Notes: generated from the sequence alone by a model not told the origin. A stretch of DNA of 32,757 nucleotides from Octopus bimaculoides (GCF_001194135.2 NC_068981.1:110255159-110287915), one strand, 5' to 3'. Shown: positions 1-10,635, numbered from the stretch's first letter. Program-made: numbers and translations.

Positions 1-384
1 CACTAACCATTCTTCTATCCCAAGTTTCCTCATTGACGACCAGATAAGGGATCGGGGGACCCTGTCAAAGGCTTTCTCCATGTCAACGAAAGCCAGGTAC
101 AGAGGTTTATCCTTAGCTAGGTATTTCTCCTGCAACTGTCTCACTAGAAATAAGGCATCAGTAGTGCTTTTACCTGGCACGAACCCAAACTGCATCTCAT
201 CTAAATTGATTCGCTCCCTAATTAGTTGGGCTATGACCCTCTCTGTAACTTTCATAACCTGATCTAACAGCTTGATGCCTCTGTAATTATTTGTATCTAA
301 AGCGTCCCCTTTACCTTTGTAGCAGTTGACTATGATGCTGCTACACCAGTCATTGGGTATGACTCTTTCGTGTATCACCTGGTT
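1..384 (-). mobile_element. RTE-clade non-LTR retrotransposon, reverse transcriptase fragment (runs off window start)
   Basis: Minus strand reads without stops: NQVIHERVIPNDWCSSIIVNCYKGKGDALDTNNYRGIKLLDQVMKVTERV...QFGFVPGKSTTDALFLVRQLQEKYLAKDKPLYLAFVDMEKAFDRVP, with the RT motifs NYRGI, QFGF and FVDxEKAFD. Same family as 13116-15491. Confidence 0.93.
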
Positions 385-1362
385 CCGACAAAACATTTTG
401 ACACTTCATTATAGATTGAGTCTAACATTAAGAAATAAATGAAAATTAAATATAGTTTTGTATGTTCTTAGAAGAGCTAAAAAAAACTCTTTCACAAAGT
501 AACTAAGTAAATTCACTATTCGCTTTTATCTTGTTTGGGTATTTGGATTAAGTTGAATGTATAAGTGAGTATTTATGTTCGATAAAGAGTGCATGTGTGT
601 GGAAATTTGCACTGCTTCCTGTGCAAATTTTATTTCTTGCTTATGCTTTTATATTTACTCTCAGATTGAAAAAATAATTTTATAGATATTTTATGCATTA
701 TTTTGTATATATTAAGTATCTTAATTGTTGAGTGTCAGTTTCATAAAAAAGCAACAAATATTTTCAGAAAGCAGTATTAGAAGGTAACCTAAAAGTATAC
801 TTATAAGGATTACATTAGGTCAGTTCTAATTCACATAGAGAATAATTTAATGTGTTATTTGATTCTTATTTATTTATTTATTTGAATTAATTGAAATTCT
901 AAAGTAACCTGTGGCTCAAATTAAATGATATGGAGGCAGTTCTAAAAAGTGGTGTGATCCACTATTTGTATTCTAATCTGGCAATTCTGCTTAACTATAT
1001 CCTGGAAACATTTGACGATTAGAAACATTTTGGTGTGATCATTCATTATGATTTGAAGTACAACAAACCTATTAGAGCTATCATTTGTGGAATAATCATC
1101 CTTACATGCTTTTCAAGATTATGCTGAGAACACATATGATAACATCATATGAGTACTGCATGAAGGATTAAATAATTAGAGAAATTTTATGAAGGAACAC
1201 CACCAATTTCAGTGTAGTTTGAAAAGACCTGTTGTATAAGACTAAATTTCAAGAAATTTGATTTGTCTATGATATTTTAAAGATGGAATAGAGGAGGTAC
1301 AATATAATCCAGTTAGATATGAATGTAAATTTCTAAATGTCTAAAATGAGTTGTTAATAAAG

Positions 1363-1424
1363 ACTACTACGACTGCTACTACTACTACTATTGCTGCTGC
1401 TGCTGCTACTACTACTACTACTAC
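1363..1424. repeat. compound (TAC)n/(TGC)n microsatellite
   Basis: Direct reading. Confidence 0.9.
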
Positions 1425-1607
1425 ATCCACATGACCTGTTGTTTTATGCCTAGAATAAGAAATATTTTGTTTCGTTGTAATATAGGTATGCTTTCAACAA
1501 AGAATTATGTAAAAGAAGGTAAAACATTATTGAAATATAAGAAACGTTTAATAGATCAATATACATTTTAGTTTTTTTTAAAGCTTTTTAAATTTTTATA
1601 TACAACT

Positions 1608-2241
1608 AGAAGCATCAGTTGTGGTGTGCAAGAGAGACGATTGCGCTGGTATGGACATGTGGTGAGAATGGATGAGGATAGCTGCGTGAAAAAGTGCCAC
1701 ACCCTAACAGTTGAGGGAACCCGTGGAAGAGGTAGGCCCAGGAAGACCTGGGCTGAGGTGGTGAGGCAAGACCTTCGTACATTGGGCCTCACCGAGGCGA
1801 TGACTACTGACCGGGACCTTTGGAAATGTGCTGTGTGTGAGAAGACCCGGCAAGCTAAGTAAGATCATTGCCAGTGCCCCTGGACTGGTTCTTGTGCGGG
1901 TGGCACATGAGATGCACCATTTTGAGCGTGGCCGTTGCCAGTACCGCCTGACTGGCTCCCGTAGGATTTTCGAGCGAGATCGTTGCCAGTGCCCCTGGAC
2001 TGGCTTGTGCGGGTGGCACATAAAAGACACCATTTCGAGCGTGGCCGTTTTCATGCGGGTGACACGTAAAAGCACCCACTACACTCTCTGAGTGGTTGGC
2101 GTTAGGAAGGGCATCCAGCTGTAGAAACTCTGCCAAATTAGACTGGAGCCTGGTGTTGCCATCCGGTTTCACCAGTCCTCAGTCAAATCGTCCAACCCAT
2201 GCTAGCATGGAAAGCGGACGTTAAACGATGATGATGATGAT
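1608..2241 (+). mobile_element. 5'-truncated RTE LINE 3' end (ORF C-terminus, 3'UTR, (GAT)n tail)
   Basis: ORF 1626-1862 ERRLRWYGHVVRM...RGRGRPRKTW...DRDLW is the typical RTE C-terminus. It is followed by ~65-bp subrepeats and the terminal GGACGTTAAAC(GAT)n. Confidence 0.92.
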
Positions 2242-2344
2242 TATATGAAATTTTGACAATCAGTGTTTGTGTAAAGTAACATGGAGAAGGGGAACTGGAG
2301 CAATCTACCTCAGAAGGTACTTTTATGGAGTCTGCTGTAAAAGC

Positions 2345-2750
2345 CTGTAGAGAGGGCAAGGAACAGTGGCAGCAAAACTCAAGGGCTGCCTTGGTTAGTA
2401 CACACTCTAGCTATACCACTGTGTATACAATATTTTTAGTGAATTTAGCATTTTCTTGACTGAGATATCTGTGTGATCCATTTGATATAGTAAATTGATT
2501 TGACCAGCAAAAATCTTTATAACTAATGGATCCCCAACTCTGCTCAGGGCAACATAAAACCGACCATGTGTGAACATAGGGTAAGAAATTGAAGTAAAAT
2601 CAGACAGATAGATTAAATAGGTAGGCTGACAGACACATAGACTGATAGGTAGACAGATAAATAGGTAGATAGATAAGTAGATATATAGGTAGGTACATAG
2701 ACACACAGATAGACACACAGATAGACACATGGAATTTCTTATTGTAGAGA
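2345..2750 (-). mobile_element. non-autonomous Helitron-like element carrying a helicase C-terminal remnant
   Basis: Minus strand begins TCTCTACAATAAGAAATT, then a (TCTG/TCTA) microsatellite, then PMFTHGRFYVALSRV (Pif1/Helitron helicase motif xFSHGQLYVALSRV) and, frameshifted, TKNIVYTVV* (typical Helitron C-terminus). The 3' boundary is uncertain. Confidence 0.62.
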
Positions 2751-2987
2751 AAGAAACTTATTAAGGTTTCAAAGTAAAGAACAAATATTTATTCTTTGGT
2801 TTTCTTTAAGTGAAATTTAAAACCAAAAATTGCTTAGATAATGTTGAGAAATAATTGTGTGTGCCTGTGTACATATATACACATCCATAAATGCATAAAT
2901 ACAAAATAAGAGAGAAAGAGATAGGTAGGAGAGTATTAGGGAAGCAGTTACATGAAAGACACTGTCACTGCATTGAGAGAGTGTAGG

Positions 2988-3074
2988 TGTGTGTGTGTAC
3001 ATACATGCATACGTACGTACATACATATATACATACATACGTATGTACGTACGTACATACATACATACATACAT
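2988..3074. repeat. (GT)n/(TACA)n microsatellite
   Basis: Direct reading. Confidence 0.9.
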
Positions 3075-4376
3075 AGTGAAGGAGAAAGTGAGAGAGGAGC
3101 AGAGTTGCAAACCAAACCAGAAGTTGTGCGACAGAGACAGACTTGACAAAAATGATCATACTGGTTATTATTATTTTTGTTGTTGTTGTTGTTATCATCA
3201 TCATCTTGTAAAATAATGGGAATAAATTATTTTGCTTCAAGTTATTTGTGTATAATTAAGATTGTTTATTCAAAAAATATTTATGTAATGCTAAGAATGT
3301 CTGTCAAAGATATCATTTGTCATGACCACATAATAAGACCTTACTTCAAATAAACTGGCTGAGCTCATTCTGTTATTGTAGATTAGATGCTTCCTTATGA
3401 CAAGTGATTTAAGGGAAGTAGAAAACCATTTGATGTATCATTCATCAATTAGAGCTAGGAGCTTGTAACTTCATCTAGAAAGATGATTGCAACATTATCA
3501 CAGACATGGAAACATGGCTAAAGTTTTTACAATCAAGCATAATAACTATTCCTGCTAGAAGTATGTTAAAAAAATGAACAATGGAATATTGATGGATAAA
3601 ATCTATTCTTTTCTTGAAATAGTTAAATAGTACTAAAATGATTATTATTCATTGAATGTCAAAAAATTACTTGGAAGGAAAGACATTGGAATGATAAATG
3701 AAAGAGTCATTGTATCTTGTACTGTGTGCAATAAATGTATGTAAACATAATAAATCTTGTTGAAGTTGATGAAAACGCTTGGTCTAGAATGCACACTGTC
3801 AGGATTTCTGATTTCTGTAAACTCTATTTACCACAGCATACAAAATAATCTATTATGTATGTATAAATATGTTTAGTCTTGATGTAAATGTTAAATATAG
3901 TAGAGTCTAACCGTATGTTGTATGGTGAAAGCTGATGTTTTATTGATATTTATCAATTCATTACCAGTTTGTGTATGTTTAAGGTTTTAAGGTCAAATTC
4001 ACAAAACCTGAATGGACCTGGGACTTTAATGAGATTCTGAGATTGTAGTAATCTGTTTTCTGATTATGTGTTGTCATTAACTTGAGCTTTAACCTGAAAC
4101 AATCAGCATGTCAGGGCTAATGAAAGATCAGTTGGAAGAGATAAAGGAAACAACTGAGTCCAGATGGAAAATAGAGGGAAGGGAGAGAGATAAAGAAGAA
4201 GTAGAGGCAAACCCAATCAACTCCATTACTGCAGGAAATTAGATGTAAGAATGGATATTAAAATTTGGTTTTTTCCTGTCCAAATATATTTTCAGAACTA
4301 GATTTATTTCTGGTCTAAATAATATTAGAACTGTGTTTTTTGCTTCTATATACAATGCTATGTACATATGTGTATA

Positions 4377-4532
4377 GGCACATGTGTGACTGTGCAGTTT
4401 AAAAGCTTGCTTCCCAACCATGTGATCTGGGGTTCAATCCTACACAAGAATTCACAGTGGGTTTGAACTATTGTCCTGAGCTGACCAAATCCTTGTGAGT
4501 GGATTTGGTAGATGGAAACTGAATGTGTGTGT

Positions 4533-4574
<42 letters not shown>

Positions 4575-4811
4575 ATGCGTGCGTGTGTGTGTGTGTATAC
4601 CCTTGTGTAGACATCATATGATGGTCATACAAGCAATATTGTTTCCAGTCTTCTATAAAAAATATGTCTGGCCATGGAGAAAATATTACCATACTTAGAA
4701 ACAGCCTTGGGTTGGTGACAAGAAGGGTATCTAGCTGTAGAAAATCTCTGCCTTAATAAATTCTATCTGACCCATACAAGCATAGGAAAGTGAATATTAA
4801 ATGATGATGAT
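4377..4811 (+). mobile_element. tRNA-derived SINE, decayed, with internal (GT)n and RTE-derived 3' tail
   Basis: Head resembles the 19242 copy (B-box-like GGGTTCAATCC, CCTTGTGAGTGGATTTGGTAGA). The 3' ~110 bp matches the RTE tail (AAGGGTATCTAGCTGTAGAAA...TTAAATGATGATGAT). Confidence 0.8.
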
Positions 4812-5977
4812 ATACAAGCACACACATACATATGCACATTTACATATATATATATGCACACATATGTATACACACACATCTTTATATATACTTGAACTAA
4901 ATTCTTATATGATTTAGCATAATTTTAAAAACTCACTTGACATCAAGAAACGATACTGTTAAATAAATATGCCAAAACAGTTTACATCACTATATCAATA
5001 ATTTGGATGTTGATTTGAATATTTTGACTTTTAACTTCATTTGATTTCTTTCCTCCTCATGTCTTCTCTCCTTTGCTACATTATATGGCCATGTCTTGTC
5101 TCCTCTGCTTTCACATGGTCTTAATTCCTATTCAGTGTACATTGTTTTCTTTTCCACTAATGTTTGTACTTGCCCACTTTCCTTTCTTTGTTGCAGTATT
5201 TTCTCTCTTCTCTCACATTTCTTTTTAATTTGTCTGCCATGTCAGTGAACTGTTTCTATGGCACCTCATTCACTTGGAAGCGAGCAATATATAGCATGAA
5301 AATTAGCAGTTCTATTGATAATTTTACTTAAGAACATCATAAGGCGATGATACAGGATGAGACTTTAAAATTAGGTATAACAGATACATGCACATTAAGT
5401 GATGATAGATATCAGCAAGCATTATTAAATGAGGTTTCCATAATTGATAAGGAACCAAATTGAAAGTTATATAGGATCAAAGAGATGCATGTATGATATT
5501 ATCATTAAATTCCATTAGTGTACTGAGGGATCACAGTTCTTGTCTCAATATGACTCCCTATATTTAAATATGTAAAATTGACACACAGCTATAGCTATAA
5601 TCGTTAGTAATATTATGCCTAATGATTTCAACTCTTGTGCGTGTTTGAGCATGTGCTTTTATTTGGTTTAATTATCAACCATAATGATTAAAGATTTATA
5701 TGAAAGCACGCACATACACTGATTATGAATGGAGCTCTGAAATATATTTCAGTTGCAATATAAACTATTAACTTTCAACCAAGAATCAAAAGAAAGACAT
5801 AAAAACGATATAAGAGTCCTGTTATCATATTAGTAATTTGTGCCATTAAGCTGTAATACCCTGCATTAAAACAGGAAGTTGATTTTTCTTAAGTATGCTC
5901 TTGCTAAAAGCTCAGTTGTTTGAAACTATTAGAACATTGTTCTGTTGCTCTAATATTGTGATCTTGCACCTGTACTG

Positions 5978-6846
5978 TACGGGTGGGGTGGGGGGGTACC
6001 CAAAAGTAATCAGAAACGTTCTCTGTGGGACAAGCCTATTGTAGTTCAGGCTTCTGCTGCTAGAAGCTACTTGATGCGACCCTTTGGCATCAGCTTGTCA
6101 ACCAGTATTGTCCAGTATGGTCATACTGCCATGTGATGCATCTTTGTTTTGCAGTGTTTCTCCCCTGTTTGTCGATTTTTGCAATGGTGGAAATGAAGGA
6201 ATAGCATGCTTCTGTAAAATTCTGTTTTCTGCTAGGGAAAAGAGTGACTGAAACAGTTGTCATGCTTCAAACAGCTTACAAGGCTGCTGCCATGAGCAAA
6301 ACACAAGTTAATGAGTGGTTTTCACACTTTAAGAATGGTCACTTGTTGCTTGAGGACCAACCTTGTTCAGGGCAGCTGTCGACCTCTTGAATGAATGAAA
6401 ACATCATGAAAATTCATGAACTGATCTTAGAGGACCATCACTGAACAATTTACTGACTTGTTGATATAACTGATGTGTCCTGGAGCTCCTGCCAATGAAT
6501 TTTGAGCAAGGAATTGTGAAGGAAAAGAGTTGTAGCAAAATTTGTGCCTCACTTGCTTAGGGAAGATCAGAAGCAGTCATGATTAAATGTGTGTCATGAA
6601 CTGGTGATGAAAGCTGGTACTATGGAATTTTCAGATGTGGAAGAGGTAAAGGAAAAATTGACTGAGGTGTTAAAAGGTATCACTTGACAAGAGTTCCAGC
6701 ACTACTTCCAACATTGGAGAGTGTGTCTGGACCAATGCATTGCTTCAAATGGAGAATACTTTGAAGGTGGTAAAAGTGTAAGCATGTAAAACTAAGTGAA
6801 TAAAAATAATATTGCAAAATTCCAGTTTCTTGGGTAACCCCGCTTA
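5978..6846 (+). mobile_element. mariner (Tc1/mariner) internal-deletion derivative
   Basis: Imperfect TIRs GGGGTACCCAAAAGTAATCAGAA / TTCCAGTTTCTTGGGTAACCCC, with TA near both ends. A single frame 6184-6789 reads ...SVKFCFLLGK...SKTQVNEWFSHFKNG...EDQPCSGQ...AKFVPHLL...WRVCLDQCIASNGEYFEG with 8 internal stops. The DD34D core is missing. Confidence 0.9.
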
Positions 6847-7107
6847 TCTGAAACTTCTCGACACACTAACCTAATAATGTTACATGTATTTTGTAGAGTG
6901 GTTGTTACAATACTTTTCCTTTTACATATCGATATTCCTCCACAAACTTGGCTATTATGCCATTGAATGTGCAAGCGTTCCTTGGTTTACACAGTAGATT
7001 GGTTCCAGGAGTCCACCGTACAAATGAAAACTGAATAAATCAAAGAAGATTAAAAGAATTAGTTATTGAAATGGAGATAATATATATGATTGACATGTGT
7101 ACTATTA

Positions 7108-8006
7108 TGAGAGTAAATAAAAATATTTAATCTATAATCACTAGTCTGATAAAATATATATTTTGTTTCACTTTTGGCTCATCAGGAACTTTCACTCTTG
7201 TATGTATGTGTATATATACACATACATGAATATATTACATGGAAAAATGCAAGCAAGAGAAATAATATCCTTAAGATTATAAACCTGGAAAATTACAGCA
7301 CAAGTTATTACACTTGGAAATGTTCAGGACAACTTATTACATCTAGTAAAGTAGAGAATAAGAAAATTTTTACTTAAAATATTGCAGCTATGAAAAATTA
7401 TTTGATTTTTATTTACTAAGTAACATTATAATTAAAAAAGGTACCGTTATTTTGTTAAAATATTGACACAGTAGAATACTTAAAAATGAGAGCCAGAAGT
7501 ACTTATAAAGCTAAAGTTTTATGCAAAGTAGGCAAATTCATTATGTAAAAAGTAAGCATTGGGTCAAGACTAAAAATGTGAAGACTTGACAATAACTTAG
7601 GCAATAACTCAAGCAAATTTTACTGTGAATTTGCTGATATAGGTAGATTTAAAAAATTTTAGTTTTAATAAAAGCTAATATTTTCTAAATCTAAATATTT
7701 TATTTGAAATTTTATCCTTAGCTGTAATATTTTAAGTAAAAATTTTCTTGTTCTGTACTTTACCAGATGTAATAAATTGTCTTGAACTTTTCCAAGTGTA
7801 ATAACGTGTGCTGTAATTTTCCAGGTTTATAATCTTAAGAATATTATTTCTCTTGCTTGCATTTTTCCATGTAATATATTTATGTATGTGTATATATACA
7901 CATACATACAAGAAGAGTGAAAGTTCCTGATGAGCCACAAAAGTGAAACAAAATATATATTTTATCAGACTAATGATTATAGATTAAATATTTTTATTTA
8001 CTCTCA
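7108..8006. repeat. long inverted repeat: arms ~7108-7390 and ~7719-8006, spacer ~330 bp
   Basis: Arms are reverse complements at roughly 90% or more (the ORF track gives near-identical peptides on + 7174 and - 7938). No TSD found. Confidence 0.95.
7922..7971 (+). ncRNA. degenerate type I hammerhead-like core (mirror copy on - strand at 7143-7190)
   Basis: CTGATGA(7927-7933)-GCCACAAAAGT-GAAA(7945-7948)-C-palindrome AAAATATATATTTT-ATC. Stem II, the triplet and stem I are all imperfect. Confidence 0.4.
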
Positions 8007-8510
8007 GACTTATGTTAAATACTTTATCCTAAGTGGTCAGATGTGACTTCTTTTAAGCTTGTCACCCCTTAGAGTGTGTGTGTGTCTGTGCACTGTATGA
8101 AGACAGTGTATAACATAGGGAAGTTGGTTATGTGTATATGTAACTATATTTTTCTCCCCTTTTTTGCTAATTTGTCAATACATTCAAGGAATTTAATTTT
8201 ATTGTCATTTCCATTTCAATAACAAGAAGTAGGGTATAAAAGTTTCTCTACACACATTATGGTATTGGGATTAGTGGCTTTTTAAACTATAAAAATTAGC
8301 CAAAAATTCCATTATATCTGTAAAGATTTTGGTTACAGAAAATCGCTTAGTCATTTTGATTTATTTAATACTGTTTTTTTTTTTTTAGCTTAGGAATTTT
8401 GTAGTCCCCCCCCCTCCATGCCCCTTAGTTGTTGGGGATTTTTAGAATTTCAGTATCAACAGTTAATTGAAGTCAACTTCTAATAGACCTTCAGAAGAGA
8501 CTCAAATTTT

Positions 8511-8605
8511 CTTTCCTTCCTCCTCCTTCCCCTCCTCCTCCTCCTCCTCCTACTACTACTACTACTACTACTGCTATTACTATTACTACCACCATCATCA
8601 TCATA
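8511..8605. repeat. compound (CCT)n(ACT)n(ATC)n microsatellite
   Basis: Direct reading. Confidence 0.9.
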
Positions 8606-9144
8606 CAAAGTTTGAAAAATATTGAGAAAAAGCAATCCCCTTTGGTAGATATAGAAAATGCACTTCTTTATTTTACTCTGTATAAGTTGCTTGTGCATAT
8701 AATAATGTACTACAGGTGATGGAAAATATGTTAACATTTAGTGACATAAACATAGGCATTAAGTAGCTATCTTCTATATTACTCAACAGTTCTGAAAGCT
8801 CTACCCTTTAGCTGTTCTTGGTCATGTGCAATTATTGTTTTCTTCCTTTAGTTTTTTTTATATATTAAAAGTACTTTTCTTTTTAAGACATGTATTTCAT
8901 CTGTATATGTTTCACTATTCAGGATTTGGTTTCAATTGTTACATTAGTTTACATAATACTTCAGTTTTTTTAGATAACTTATTTAGCAAATAGATTTTGT
9001 TAGAAATTAAATTGTCTCGCAGCCATATATCATAGTGAAATCGTTTGTCGAACTTGTGTCAAGTCATGTTAGGCTTACTTTGTAAGTACTTGACATGTTC
9101 AGATCTGTAAGCATCTTAATCTGCTAATATACTTAATGTATTTT

Positions 9145-9300
9145 TTACTTGTTTTAATCATTAGATCATGGCCATGCTGGAGCACCGCCTTGAAGAAATT
9201 TTTAGTTGAACAAATTGACCTCAGTACTTATTTTTCTCTTTATCTAAGCCTGGTACTTATTGTATCAGCCTCTTTTGTCAAACTGCTAAGTTATGGGGAT
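9145..9300 (-). mobile_element. SINE 3' half
   Basis: Minus strand ...AATAAGTACCAGGCTT...AAGGCGGTGCTCCAGCATGGCC...AAACAAGTAAAAA. Same family as 10093-10295 and 29236-29665. Confidence 0.7.
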
Positions 9301-9309
9301 TGGGGGGGG

Positions 9310-10060
9310 GGTAAGATTGTTAAAGTTCGAAACCGGTCCCTGTTTAATAATGTTCCTTTTCGTTTTTTTTTTAAATGTCTTGCCCGCTTACGTTTTGGTA
9401 TCACGCTATATTTCATGTTGAGAACAATTTAGGTCTTATTAGACACAAGATGTGATCTATTTCTAGCACATTGAATGTCCATGTTAGTGGTCAACGTCAT
9501 ATATAAAAATGTACTTTAATCCCCTGAGATTGCAGATACTGTTTCTGAATCTCTTTGATTCTTTAAATGTGCTAGCTTCCTGGTAATTAATCAATATTAA
9601 TTAATATATGATTTTTTGCCATATTTTTTAATAATATATTAACCCATACCGAGTTCTCATACTGGATATATGCAACGCAGTAAATATTCTCTGCAGACAT
9701 ATTCCTGGAATTAGCGCGCCAAAACGAAGACTTTTGAATTTTACAATTAAGCTGTAATTAGCAGAACCATATACACGCGCACCTATGGCGGTGGGCAACT
9801 TTGTATGGGGTTCTGATGATTATGGTTCCATTACAAATCAGGCTGAAGAGAAATAGACAGTCGGTAAGATTGTTAAATTTCGAAACCGGTCCCTGTTTAA
9901 TAATGTACCTTTTCGTTTTTTTTTAAATGTCTTGCCCGCTTACGTTTTGGTATCGCGCTATATTTCATGTTGAGAACAATTTAGGTCTTATTAGACACAA
10001 GATGTGATCTATTTCTAGCACATTGAATGTCCACGTTAGTGGTCAACGTCATATATAAAA
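9310..10060 (+). mobile_element. hammerhead-containing non-coding element in partial tandem (553-nt unit; retrozyme/Penelope-like)
   Basis: Direct repeats 9310-9509 and 9863-10060 (4 substitutions and 1 indel in ~200 bp), period 553. The hammerhead spans the unit junction. No ORF. Confidence 0.72.
9835..9898 (+). ncRNA. type I hammerhead ribozyme (minimal, palindromic stem III)
   Basis: Stem I CAGG(9839-42)/CCTG(9892-95); core CTGAAGA(9843-49); stem II GAAAT/ATTTC plus GACAGTC/GATTGTT with loop GGTAA; GAAA(9882-85); stem III ACCGGT; GTC triplet with predicted cleavage after 9891. Confidence 0.85.
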
Positions 10061-10092
10061 ATATATATATAGATAGATAGATAGATAGATAT

Positions 10093-10295
10093 GTATTTGG
10101 GTGTCTGTGTTTGTCCCTCCCACCATCGTTTGACAACCGATGTTAGTGTTAATGGCCCATAAATTAGAGGTTTGGCAAAAGGGAGCGATAGAATAAGTAC
10201 TAGGCTTACAAAGAATAAGTCTTGAGGTTGATTTGTTTGACTAAAGGTGTTGTTCCAGCATGGCTGCAATCAAATGAATGAAACAATTAAAAGAA
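10093..10295 (+). mobile_element. SINE 3' half following a (TA)n(GATA)n run
   Basis: TGTTTGTCCCTCCCACCATC...GATAGAATAAGTACTAGGCTTAC...TCCAGCATGGCTGCAATCAAATGAATGAAACA; paralogous to 9145-9300. Confidence 0.75.
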
Positions 10296-10484
10296 TAATT
10301 AATTTTGTTGATTTTATTGGTTTAACATTTATATAGAAGTTTGCACATTGGGATTAAACCAAGACTGAGTGGTTGTGAAGCTAACCTCTTAATTACATGG
10401 CCACCATTGTATACATTTTCTTGGATTAGAGTTCATTTAAAGGATTTCAATTTTTGAATCCAGGATGCTTATGTATGTTTATGA

Positions 10485-10635
10485 GATGCAATATAGCTCA
10501 ATGGTTAAGTTATTTGCTTTGCAATTATGAGGTCCTAGGTTCACTCCTGCTGCATGGTATCTTGGGCAAGTGTTTTTTGCTCAAACCTCACACCACTTCA
10601 AGCTTTGTGAATGAAAATGAGTGGAGGGAAACTAT
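10485..10635 (+). mobile_element. decayed tRNA-derived SINE head
   Basis: TAGCTCAATGG (A-box-like), GGTTCACTCC (B-box-like) and CTTGGGCAAGTG; similar to the 19242 copy. Confidence 0.65.

Noticed and set aside
2150-2190. Minus-strand CTGAGGA-CTGGT-GAAACCGG in the RTE tail (also near 18720) as a hammerhead
   Set aside because: No stem II pairing and no NUH triplet after stem III.
7108-8006. Foldback/MITE DNA transposon
   Set aside because: Flanks (ACTATTA / GACTTAT) show no target-site duplication.
8480-8737. Ser/Arg-rich ORF
   Set aside because: Translation of trinucleotide microsatellites.
9023-9081. Plus-strand exon candidate (CTCGCAG|...|GTAAGT)
   Set aside because: Weak pyrimidine tract, 59 nt, no homology; such sites are expected by chance.
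9310-10060. LTR retrotransposon or TRIM reading of the direct repeats
   Set aside because: No TG...CA ends, PBS, PPT or TSD on either strand; the hammerhead at the junction fits a retrozyme or Penelope-like origin better.
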